Shown: positions 1 through 9,134, counted from the stretch's first letter. The stretch: 32,000 nucleotides of DNA from Candidatus Saccharimonadota bacterium (GCA_029715105.1 CP085695.1:600001-632000), one strand, 5' to 3'. Notes: generated by a model from the letters alone, not told the origin. Made by a program: numbers and translations.

Positions 1-292
1 TCTTATTTAGAAACTATAATTCTCTATATCATTTGTTATATTAACATATATTGTTTGCTTCGATTGGATCGAAACATAAAATAACTATTTATTTAAATAA
101 TTTAGTTCCTTTTATTTCACAACTTCATGATAAATTTCTTTAAGAATATAAGGTTTATATTATAAATATAGAGTTAGTATTTCAATACTTGCAAAATAAT
201 ACCCATTAATACTAACAAAATTAAGTTAATCCCACTGCAATAATGAAACTCTATAAAAACATTGAATATTATCCGTTGTTTCTCTCATAGAC

Positions 293-322
293 TTGACACA
301 AATAATATATTTGATTAATAGT
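293..322 (+). promoter_or_regulatory. Candidate sigma70-type promoter for yajC (perfect TTGACA -35 hexamer)
   Basis: TTGACA lies at 293-298. The AT-rich -10 candidates 16-18 nt downstream (taatag / aatagt) are ambiguous. The site is about 45 nt upstream of the yajC ATG. -10-like hexamers are common in DNA this AT-rich, so support is weak. Confidence 0.25.
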
Positions 323-365
323 TAAAACACGTTTATTTGAATTTATTGATAACCGGGATTAGGAT

Positions 366-794
366 ATGTTCGTTTCTAGAATTTATGCTGCAGATACAAT
401 TAGTAATACATCAAGTTTTAGCGCTTCTCTTGCTAATTTCATTCCATTAATTTTGATAATTATAGTATTCTATTTTTTTATAATTCGTCCCCATCACAAA
501 AAATTAAAAGATCTTAAAAAAATGATAGACCAAATAAAACGCGGTGATACTATTGCTACTTCTGGAGGAATAATAGGTATAGTCAACAAAATTGATGAAG
601 TCAACGCGCAATTTTTAATAGAAATAGCGCCAAAAGTTGAAGTGAAAATTCTGAAATCTGCTGTATCTGAAGTTTTAAATAAAGAAATTAAAATCAAACC
701 ACCATTTGAAAAAAATAAGATTGAAAAAAATGATAAAAAAAATAAAAACCAATCGGATAATAAAAATAAGAAAGAACAGAATGATAAGGATTAA
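366..794 (+). CDS. yajC: Preprotein translocase subunit YajC
   Basis: 142-aa ORF. One N-terminal TM segment (FIPLILIIIVFYFFII) is followed by RPHHKKLKDLKKM...RGDTIATSGGIIGIV..IEIAP, the YajC family pattern. It carries an unusually long K/N/D-rich C-terminal tail. Confidence 0.9.
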   Translation: MFVSRIYAADTISNTSSFSASLANFIPLILIIIVFYFFIIRPHHKKLKDLKKMIDQIKRGDTIATSGGIIGIVNKIDEVNAQFLIEIAPKVEVKILKSAVSEVLNKEIKIKPPFEKNKIEKNDKKNKNQSDNKNKKEQNDKD

Positions 795-1595
795 ATATTT
801 GATACTTTTAAAAGTAAGAAAAGTACCATAATGGAAAATAGAGTAGATAAAATTAAATCCCTCTACAAGAAACTTTAAACCTACTAAAACTATTCCAGAG
901 TATTAAATTAATGTAACCCTATTTTTATAGTACTCATGCTAAACTAAAGTTTACTAAAATTTAACTTAAGATATAATTATTATTAATACGAAAGACCTAT
1001 ATTAATTTTATATAAACATATTAAATATAATTTATTCAAATGATAAAAAAGGATGAGTTTAATATAAGAATCATTAGAAAATTTCGTCATATTTCCACTT
1101 ACAAAATGGCACTAAAATTTTATAAATTTCATAAATGAAAAGCTACACTATACTAAATTATATAATTTTTGATTCTAAAATTAGAAAATAACTTTTTATT
1201 AGAGATAGAAAATTCAACATAAATAGCACTATATAAGAATATAATAAAAAATATCTACTAAAATTTTATGTTCAAATAGAACATTAAAATAAGAATAATA
1301 TTCATTTAATAAAATTATTTTACAACTAAAAACCAATAATTAATTTAAGATTGATTTTTAATTCCATGATCAACTTGATTAAATAACAATAAAATATATT
1401 AGAAACTAGATATAATTACTCATAAATTAACTCGATATTCTAAAACTGTTCAAACTTATAAATTATATTATATTGCCTTAATTTTATGTAAAATCTTTAA
1501 AACTAAATCTTGATATTTTATCAAACGTATTTTATCATATCTTCCAACAGAAAATAACATTTTATCAAAACAGCCTCTTGAAAGAATTATTCATT

Positions 1596-2528
1596 ATGAC
1601 ACATGTTCCAATTTTATTAAAAGAAATGCTATTACAGCTCTTACCACAAAATGGTAGTGTTTATGTAGATGCTACTTTTGGAGCTGGAGGATATAGTGAA
1701 GCTATATTAAAATCAGCCGATTGCAAAATATACGCAATCGATAGAGATGAAACAGTTATCAAATTTTACAATGACCTAAGTACTAGATATCCTAATAGGA
1801 TAGAACTATCTATTGAAAAATTTAGTAAAATTAAAAGCATTTTAAAAAAAAAATTAAAATATCCAACGCTGAAATCCGAAAAAAAATACAATAAAACTAT
1901 TGAATGTGTAGACGGAGTTATATTTGATGTCGGAACATCATCTATGCAGCTTGATGAAGGAAATAGAGGATTTTCTTTTCTACGTAACGGTTATCTTGAT
2001 ATGCGTATGGATAAGTTTTCTAAAATCAATGCTTTGACATTTGTCAATACTCTATGCGAAAAAAAAATTGCAAATGTTATATATAATTATGGAGGAGAAC
2101 GCTATTCTCGCAAAATTGCAAAAGCAATAATAAATATACGTAAAAAAAAAACTATTAAAACTACGTTTGAACTTGCAGATATTGTTCGCTCTGTAGTATT
2201 TCGTAGAAAAAGCAAAATTGATCCTGCAACCAGGACATTTCAAGCAATTAGAATATGGGTAAATGATGAATTAAAAGAACTAGAAATAGGCATCAAAGCA
2301 GCATCTGAAATTTTAAGAAAAAACGGTAAATTAATTGTTATTACTTTTCATTCTTTAGAAGATCGTATAGTCAAAACCTTTTTTAAAAATCTATGTAAAC
2401 AAGAAACCAGTGAACATAAAATATTTTCCTTACTAAATAAAAAAGTAATCAGAGCTAGTACTGAAGAAATAAATACAAATCCACGTGCACGTTCAGCAAA
2501 ATTAAGAGCTATACAAAGACTATCATAA
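1596..2528 (+). CDS. rsmH: 16S rRNA (cytosine1402-N4)-methyltransferase RsmH/MraW
   Basis: Motifs HVPILLKEML, YVDATFGAGGYSEAIL (SAM binding), FDVGTSSMQLD, ITFHSLEDRIVK and NPRARSAKLRA. I place the start at ATG 1596 (MTHVPIL) rather than the in-frame TTG 1578 of the ORF track. Confidence 0.93.
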   Translation: MTHVPILLKEMLLQLLPQNGSVYVDATFGAGGYSEAILKSADCKIYAIDRDETVIKFYNDLSTRYPNRIELSIEKFSKIKSILKKKLKYPTLKSEKKYNKTIECVDGVIFDVGTSSMQLDEGNRGFSFLRNGYLDMRMDKFSKINALTFVNTLCEKKIANVIYNYGGERYSRKIAKAIINIRKKKTIKTTFELADIVRSVVFRRKSKIDPATRTFQAIRIWVNDELKELEIGIKAASEILRKNGKLIVITFHSLEDRIVKTFFKNLCKQETSEHKIFSLLNKKVIRASTEEINTNPRARSAKLRAIQRLS

Positions 2529-3417
2529 AATCTTCTATAAATTTATGGCAAAATTTGCTTTCTTTTTATAAAGATAAAATACATTTTAAGAAAATTTTAA
2601 AGTGTATTATTATTATTTTTCATTATAAGATAAAATTTTTCTCTAAAACTATTTGAAAAATATAAATAAAAGAATTTTATAAAACTCCTTCAATTCCTAT
2701 GTAATAAAGAAAATACAAAATTAACTAATTTTATTTTTATGTTAATTTTAACATTTCTCTATATGATCAAATAACTCTATTTTCTAAAATGAACTATTAA
2801 GATTTATTTAAATTTTTAAAATGATCCTGGTCTATTATTTATATTGTTTTAAACAATTACTTTATCATTACTTCCTGTCCATGTATCTAAAATTATTGTT
2901 TAATATAACACAGTTTATTCTCATAAAATGATCTCTCGCTATAAAATATACTTTTCTCTCATTTCGCTTTTACTTTTTCTTACTATCCTTGTTAATTTTT
3001 TTTAATTTTCTAAAAACTAATCAAAGCTATAATTATCGCGCTACAACTTCAATGAAAATAATTTTCTTAGACTCCCTCCTCCTTCTTACTCTAGGTTTTA
3101 CTCACTAAATAAAGCATATTAATATCCAACCACCTTTATTTAAATAAAACATCTACTAATTAAGACCCTAAAATATTCAAAATAAGATAAACTTATCATT
3201 TTATTACTAAACAACACCATCTTAATACCATAACGTTTCGCAAAAACCACATGCTTCCTATTTTAATAAATTAAATAATATATAACTCAATCATGTTTTG
3301 TTATAAACATCCTCTTGGGATAAGTTAGAACATTAATGTCGTTAATTATTTATAATAAAATAAAATCTTACCGAATTAAATCATAAAATTAATTAAACAA
3401 TACTTACACACTAAATC

Positions 3418-4347
3418 TTAAATCGAACTTGGTATTCTGAACCGGATATTTTCAGTAATACCACTAAGCATAATCGAAACTCTTACATTCATTTGCATTT
3501 TTAAATAATTTATTAACTCACTAACCAATATATCAGGAACAGAAGCACCTGCAGTAATTCCTATTTTTTTTATACCTAAAAACCAATTCTTATCTACACA
3601 ATTATAATTATCAATTAAATGAGCTTTTTTTCCTTTAGCTAAACATATATCTAATAAACGATTAGAATTCGAACTATTTTTACTTCCCATAACTAACACT
3701 ATGTCTGCAATTTTAATTAATTTTTTAACAGCATTTTGTCTATTTTGTGTTGCATAACATATTTCTTTAAAATCAGAACCTTTAATATTGGGAAATTTAA
3801 ACTTCAAAGCATCAACAATTTCAACAACATCATCAATACTCAATGTAGTTTGCGTAATATATGATAAATTATTTGGATTTTTAACCCTTAAAGAATGTAC
3901 ATCTTTTACACTTTGTACTAAAATAACAGGATTTTTTACTCTCCCGCTAATTCCCTTAATTTCCTGATGATTTTTATATCCAATTAAAATCAATTCCCTA
4001 CCGCTATCTTCGTACTTCTTTGCTCTTTTGTGTACTTTACTAACTAAAGGACATGTTGCATCAATCACCTGAATACCCCTCCTTTTTGCTCCCTCTTCAA
4101 TACTTTTTGATACTCCGTGCGCACTAAAAACTAATACCCCATCATTATTTTTAATATCTTCGATGCTATTTATAAAAATTACACCTTGTTTCTTAAAGCC
4201 CTCCACTATATATTTATTATGAACTATCTCATGCAACACATAAATACAATGCCTATCCTTATACTTTTCTAAGGTAATAGATAGTATATCTATAGCTCTC
4301 CTAACTCCAGCACAAAAACCATACGGCTCAACTAAAATAGCTTCCAT
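3418..4347 (-). CDS. ispH: 4-hydroxy-3-methylbut-2-enyl diphosphate reductase IspH/LytB
   Basis: Motifs [50 protein letters not shown] and [11 protein letters not shown]. Start is taken at ATG 4347 ([15 protein letters not shown]). The 29-codon N-terminal extension in the track begins at a TTG and has no homology support. Confidence 0.93.
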   Translation of the reverse strand: MEAILVEPYGFCAGVRRAIDILSITLEKYKDRHCIYVLHEIVHNKYIVEGFKKQGVIFINSIEDIKNNDGVLVFSAHGVSKSIEEGAKRRGIQVIDATCPLVSKVHKRAKKYEDSGRELILIGYKNHQEIKGISGRVKNPVILVQSVKDVHSLRVKNPNNLSYITQTTLSIDDVVEIVDALKFKFPNIKGSDFKEICYATQNRQNAVKKLIKIADIVLVMGSKNSSNSNRLLDICLAKGKKAHLIDNYNCVDKNWFLGIKKIGITAGASVPDILVSELINYLKMQMNVRVSIMLSGITENIRFRIPSSI

Positions 4348-4513
4348 TTTATATTTCAATATATAAAATAAATAAATATACAAATTTTGTATTAAGCACT
4401 TTCTTTTATAAGAAGAATAACACACCCCACTCAAATAAATCCTTAACTCTTATAATACTATAAGCAAATCCCTTTTAATAAAATTAGAGAATATAATATC
4501 ACAATAATAATAC

Positions 4514-4527
4514 TGTGATCTATCACA
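4514..4527. promoter_or_regulatory. Perfect inverted repeat TGTGAT-ct-ATCACA, with a third ATCACA half-site at 4498-4503
   Basis: Read directly: tgtgat (4514-4519), ct, atcaca (4522-4527). It lies about 170 bp upstream of the ispH ATG on the minus strand. The same half-sites occur at 18333-18348. Function is unknown. Confidence 0.3.
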
Positions 4528-4936
4528 TAATTTTAACATTAAAAAGCTAAAAATTTTATCTCTAAACAAACTGCAATTTCAATTTTTATTAATTTGATTT
4601 CATTCAGTATTCTTCTGAAAAGAATAATAAAAACAAATAACCTTTAGAAGCTTATAAAGCTAACAATAAATTCTTTTTAAAAGAAAGACAAGAACAATCA
4701 GATCATTACTGCATAACACAAACATGATTATTTATAAAAACAAAAGAATTCAATAAGAATCTATGATATTACCTAACTATCTAACATAGCCTCCATAAAT
4801 TTAATATTTAAAATAATATTATTTGTTCAAATAATATACTAATTTGTGTCTTTATAACAACACAACACAATATAACTCCCACGTAAAGACGCCTACACGC
4901 TACTACTAAAACATTTTATTTAAGGATAACTAAAAT

Positions 4937-5284
4937 CTAATATTTTTTTATAAAAAGTTTAAGCTTATGATCTCTATTATTTCCATCAATACAAAGAACC
5001 CCATCTTCTGTCAGATTACAATTCTTGGGAGAAATATTAAAGTCAACCTTTTCTCCGTTATCATCTACACTAAGACAAATTCTTGGCTCAAAAAAATCCT
5101 CCACACTAGCTTCAAACTCCTTCACTGAATTTCCATCTAGAGATGATAAATTAAACTTCCAAATATTACTTGGATCAATATTTCCAACGTAACTATTGCA
5201 CTCATCATCTGCACAATATGAACTTTCAATCATATAACCCCCACCAGGAATATCTATAAGAAAGTCCAATAAACCATCTAACAT
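4937..5284 (-). CDS. Hypothetical small acidic protein (115 aa, 5 Cys, no signal peptide), family not recognised
   Basis: This is the only ORF of 60 aa or more in the gap 4348-6901. GGAG (complement of 5290-5293) sits 5 nt upstream of the ATG. Amino-acid composition is D/E/G/N-rich, unlike the low-complexity output expected from random AT-rich DNA. I recognise no conserved motif. Confidence 0.5.
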   Translation of the reverse strand: MLDGLLDFLIDIPGGGYMIESSYCADDECNSYVGNIDPSNIWKFNLSSLDGNSVKEFEASVEDFFEPRICLSVDDNGEKVDFNISPKNCNLTEDGVLCIDGNNRDHKLKLFIKKY

Positions 5285-6901
5285 ACAAACTCCAATATTA
5301 CTTACACCTTAACCCACGCCAATAGAATTATTATTCTACACTTAAGGAACAAAATATCAATAATTTATTTGCATTTACGTTATTTTAATTACTTTATAAA
5401 TAGTTTATATTAATTTGATTTAATATCAGTTCTATCTCTATGTCTCTCTTAAAAATTTTTAAAATTTATAAACCACATTCAAAGTCTCTTAAAACATAAG
5501 AGTCCCTGAATACAAAAGTTTACCTACTCGATTTAATATTATAAACTTACTACATTATTTATTTCGAATATAATACATAAAATACCTACATCGCAATAAA
5601 TATATGTAAACATACAGCGTTTTCAACCATATCCAACGTGATATAATGTTCAAATTACAAAATGTACATCAACAAAATTCTAACGTTTTTAACGACAAAA
5701 AACTTATAAGTAGTAATATGTATAAAACCGTAAATATATAAACTTTAATTAAACACACAAAATGCTCTGTCAACAAATTATAAAAGTATCATCAAAATTC
5801 ACTAAAAAACAAATAAACTTTATTTGTACACATTAGAAAATATTTTTATAGAAAAATTATATATAAATGATAAAACATAAAAATTTCCTTTGAACGGAAA
5901 TCAATAGAAACTTGATATGTTTTCATTAAATGAACTATCTAAATTTCTGTTCTAAGAATCTCCCGCAGATAAAATAGAATCTGAAATAAAATTCACTAAT
6001 TTTTAAATATATTTAAAATACAAATAATTACACAAATGTTCTCACTTAATTACTTTAAAATAAAGTAAATTTTTAACCAAAATTTACAAAATAAAACACA
6101 AATTAAATCAAATTCTTCTAGCCTTATCAAAACAAACAAATAAAAAATTAATCTAATTTCTAAATTACCATACCGAGACAGCAGTAGCTTAACTATAAAA
6201 TTTCATATTTTACGAAATAAGAGCAAAATCATAAAAGGATTAATAATTATTAAATCCCATAATAATAAACTCTAACCTTACAGGTATTTACCCTCACTGA
6301 GAATAAGCAACAATATAATACAAAACATTGATGATAGTATTTATCATCAATATTACTACTCTAATTCTTAATAAGAATTCCTCTATATTAAAACAAATGT
6401 AAATAAAACATACAAAATTCTTTATAATCTATAAAATTTAAAATAATTAAAAAAGAACAAAATTTTGATATATTAAATAAGGTATACAATTTTATATAAA
6501 AAACGAAACACAGATTAAATCTTTACAACAAATTTCCAATCCCACTATAATTATTTCTTATCTTATAACCTCATCATTTTAAATTCTTCTTGATTAAAGA
6601 ATTTCAATTAATAATACAAATTAAAAGATTTGTTCAATAAAAACACTACTCATCATTATATTTCCACTTAAATATCTCTTCTGTAAAACTCTACATTCCA
6701 CAAACTAAAATTTTTCCTAAATACATACAAATTACAACTACATGTACTTCTCATCCTTTATGGGTACACTTCTAACTTTTATTTTCATATTAGAATTCAG
6801 TGTTGTATTATAATTGTCTATTGTTATATAAACAACATAGATTTTATAATTTTACTATTTTTATTATAATATCACATAATATTATGAAATTATAATCACA
6901 T

Positions 6902-7941
6902 ATGAGCATCATCCTAGCAACAGGTGGCACAAAAGGACACATCTCCCCGGCTATAACTTTAGCAAAAGCGCTAAAAATACATGGACATAACAGCATACTA
7001 TTTACTAATAAAAAAATAAATAAAAACACAAATTTTATAAAAAGTTATATTCTTCCATTATGTAAGCCAAGTAATAAACTTAAGTTTTTTCTTTTTTTAA
7101 TATATAGTTGCGTATCAGTGTTATATCGCATGAAAAAAATAAAACCAAAGCTAGTTATCGGATTCGGGGGATATTCTTCTTTCCCAACTCTTCTTGCAGC
7201 AAAAATTCTTTTTATACCAATAATTTTACATGAACAAAATATAATTTTGGGAAGAGTAAATAGACTTTTCTCTAAAAATGCAAAATTAATTGCAACTAGT
7301 TTTCCAGAAACTAAGTTTGTAAGTAAAAGCAAATTTATTTTTACAGGAAACTTTATCAATATAAAAAAACGAAACTATCCTCGCAATAAAAAAATTATAA
7401 ATATACTAATAATAGCAGGTAGTCAGGGCGCAAATTTCTTTGACGAAATAATAAGTAGCATAATTTGCAGTCTACCTATTGAAATAAAAAAAAAATTAAA
7501 GTTACACAACAATGTATAAAAAAAAATATGAATAAAGTTAAATGTTTGTATAAAAATGAAGCAATCTATTATGAATTAAATGAATTTTTTAATGATATAG
7601 AAAATAAGTTAGCAAATGCCCACTTAATAATTAGCAGAGCGGGAGCAACTTCAATAGCAGAAATCACTCTTGCTGAGCGTCCAGCCATTTATATTCCTTA
7701 TCCTTATTCAAAGGATAATCACCAATTCTATAATGCAAAATATATCGAAAGTCTGGGAGCAGCTGTAATAGTTGAACAAAATAATAAAATAAAAAAAAAA
7801 TTAAAGAAATTATTAATAAACCTATTGCAAAATCAAAATAATGAAAAACTATATATTATGGCCAATAATACTAAAAAAACAAAAATGAAAAATGGTGTTA
7901 ATAAATTCATAAAAATAATAAATAAAAATATTTTAAATTAA
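6902..7941 (+). pseudogene. murG: murG (UDP-GlcNAc:lipid I GlcNAc transferase) split into two frames at an A10 tract
   Basis: ORF 6902-7519 has the MurG N-terminus (ILATGGTKGHISPAITLAKAL, GFGGYSSFP, IAGSQGA). The other frame reads ..[38 protein letters not shown], the MurG C-terminal half. That second frame is closed by TGA at 7480-7482 and the first frame ends at TAA 7517-7519. The shift must therefore lie within 7483-7516, which contains the A10 run 7486-7495. Confidence 0.85.
7486..7495 (+). repeat. A10 homopolymer at the murG frame break
   Basis: Counted directly from the sequence (gaaat aaaaaaaaaa ttaaag). Confidence 0.95.
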
Positions 7942-8397
7942 ATCTACTATTAAAAAAGTTGTTCCATGAATACAACTCTTATTAAATTATTTACATTTCT
8001 AATTCTTTAGAGAAGCTTTGACTTTTCTTTTTTATTTTTGTAAAATAGAATATTATTTCAAATTCAACTAATTTAATCTTAGATAAGGATTAGGCCTTAT
8101 ATAGGCAAACCAGATTTGCTATAGAATAATAATAAAACAACAATAGTAAAAATCCATTTCACTCAACTGACAGCCTATAAATTTTATCGAAAACATAAAA
8201 TCACAAAACAAAACCATTTACATTGATTGTATAATTATTATATTAATTTTTATATACAAAATAACAATAATATCTTACTATCGTATTAAAGTCTCACATT
8301 TTGTCTAAACTTCTTACCTAAAACTCATTCTCGGTTTTATCTACATTTATAGATATTTTATCACATAAAAACTATTTTATTAAAATATGTTTAATTT

Positions 8398-8994
8398 TTA
8401 ATGACGTAATCTGCTATCCTTATATCGTACATAGCTTACAACTTGTTTTACTCCCTTTACTTTCCTTGCAACCGCCATCACAGCTTCCAATTCTGGTTTA
8501 CTTTGAGCTATACCCATCAAGTAAACAATCCTATCAAGAGTATTAACACTATAATTAACTGATTTAATATTCCTTTTACTCAATAATTTCATTCTTATTT
8601 TTGTCGTTATTATAAAATCTACAGTAGAATCAATTATAGAAGCTATTTGTATCGGCATTACTTTTATTTCATTTATCACTTCTTTAACTTCCTTTTGCCG
8701 CCAAGCTATTTTTTCTGCTATAAGTTGTTTTTCAAGTGAATTAACACCTCCAATAAGCAACACTCTTCCTTCACTTACTTTAACTATTACAGATGTAAAT
8801 AACCCATATTTTATAAGCTCACTATTAATCCTAATAATCATAGCCGTATCATCGACAATATTTCCTAAAGATTTATCTTGTGCTATCACTGTCGCCGTTA
8901 CAGTAGCCACCACACTAGTACCTATTATAGATGGCGTACAGCTACTTTGCATAAGTATACAAACCCCAAATAATAAACTAGCTGTCAACTTCAT
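8398..8994 (-). CDS. BON-domain (OsmY/DolP-like) putative lipoprotein
   Basis: Two BON-like repeats (D..I...I...L......VKVSEGRVLLIGGV and ITTKIRMKL......V.TLDRIVYLMGIA). The signal sequence MKLTASLLFGVCILMQSSC has a lipobox-like Cys. Start is taken at ATG 8994 rather than the upstream TTG 9066. Confidence 0.8.
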   Translation of the reverse strand: MKLTASLLFGVCILMQSSCTPSIIGTSVVATVTATVIAQDKSLGNIVDDTAMIIRINSELIKYGLFTSVIVKVSEGRVLLIGGVNSLEKQLIAEKIAWRQKEVKEVINEIKVMPIQIASIIDSTVDFIITTKIRMKLLSKRNIKSVNYSVNTLDRIVYLMGIAQSKPELEAVMAVARKVKGVKQVVSYVRYKDSRLRH

Positions 8995-9134
8995 TGCTGA
9001 TTTTAGAATCAAGAATTTTATTAAGAATGTTAATAAACTTTTCAATATTCTATATTGTAGAAACAATATAAATTAACTAAGATAGAATTGCAAATCATTT
9101 AAAATGATAAGAATACACCATAAATTATGCGAAA

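Noticed and set aside
1-84. A 27-codon open frame from the window start to TAA 82-84, possibly the 3' end of an upstream + strand gene.
   Set aside because: It is too short, and its low-complexity sequence (SYLETIILYIICYINIYCLLRLDRNIK) cannot be told apart from chance.
494-697. Antisense ORFs of 60-131 aa inside well-supported genes: 494-697, 2052-2243, 6844-7029, 7045-7359, 9634-9906, 10751-10984, 11202-11420, 11227-11418, 13041-13319, 14172-14378, 14703-14993, 18620-18802, 20139-20381, 21698-21910, 22022-22270, 22574-22969, 24003-24290, 26043-26234.
   Set aside because: Each lies wholly or largely opposite a gene with clear family motifs. Their products are low-complexity I/F/L/S/K-rich with no recognisable motif. 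These are typical shadow ORFs.
1040-1141. A 33-codon ORF (MIKKDEFNIRIIRKFRHISTYKMALKFYKFHK) in the yajC-rsmH desert.
   Set aside because: It has no SD and no recognisable family, and its length is within chance expectation. It may be a relic, but I cannot support it.
1515-1567. The triple ATTTTATCA repeat read as DnaA boxes or a replication origin.
   Set aside because: Only 6 of 9 positions match TTATCCACA. There is no dnaA or hemE-type origin context. On the opposite strand the motif reads TGATAAAAT (extended -10-like), and it occurs elsewhere (8355-8363, 9327-9335, 23609-23617), as expected for AT-rich DNA.
4348-4434. N-terminal extensions proposed by the ORF track for ispH (to 4434), the BON protein (to 9066), hscB (to 21560), dus (from 26935), sdhC (from 30609) and rsmH (from 1578).
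   Set aside because: The extensions mostly begin at TTG and add residues with no counterpart in the families. An internal ATG aligns with the conserved N-terminus in every case.
4937-5284. The 115-aa acidic orphan read as frataxin/CyaY, on the basis of EDGVLCIDGNNRDHKLKLFI versus the GGVLTI..G...IIN block.
   Set aside because: The similar segment sits at the extreme C-terminus instead of mid-protein, and the rest of the CyaY pattern is absent.
7957-7977. A hairpin agttgt-tccatgaat-acaact just after the murG stop, and weak structures after yajC (807-835) and rsmH (2549-2575), considered as intrinsic terminators.
   Set aside because: Stems are 5-7 bp and mostly A-T, with no clean U-tract. I do not report them as terminators.
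8083-8123. A G-containing patch with two small hairpins (ataagg/ccttat and tatag-g-caaa/tttg-ctata), considered as a small RNA or tRNA remnant.
   Set aside because: It has no T-loop or anticodon-arm features. The stems are short and AT-rich. It is about 280 nt from the nearest gene end. I cannot tell it apart from chance structure.
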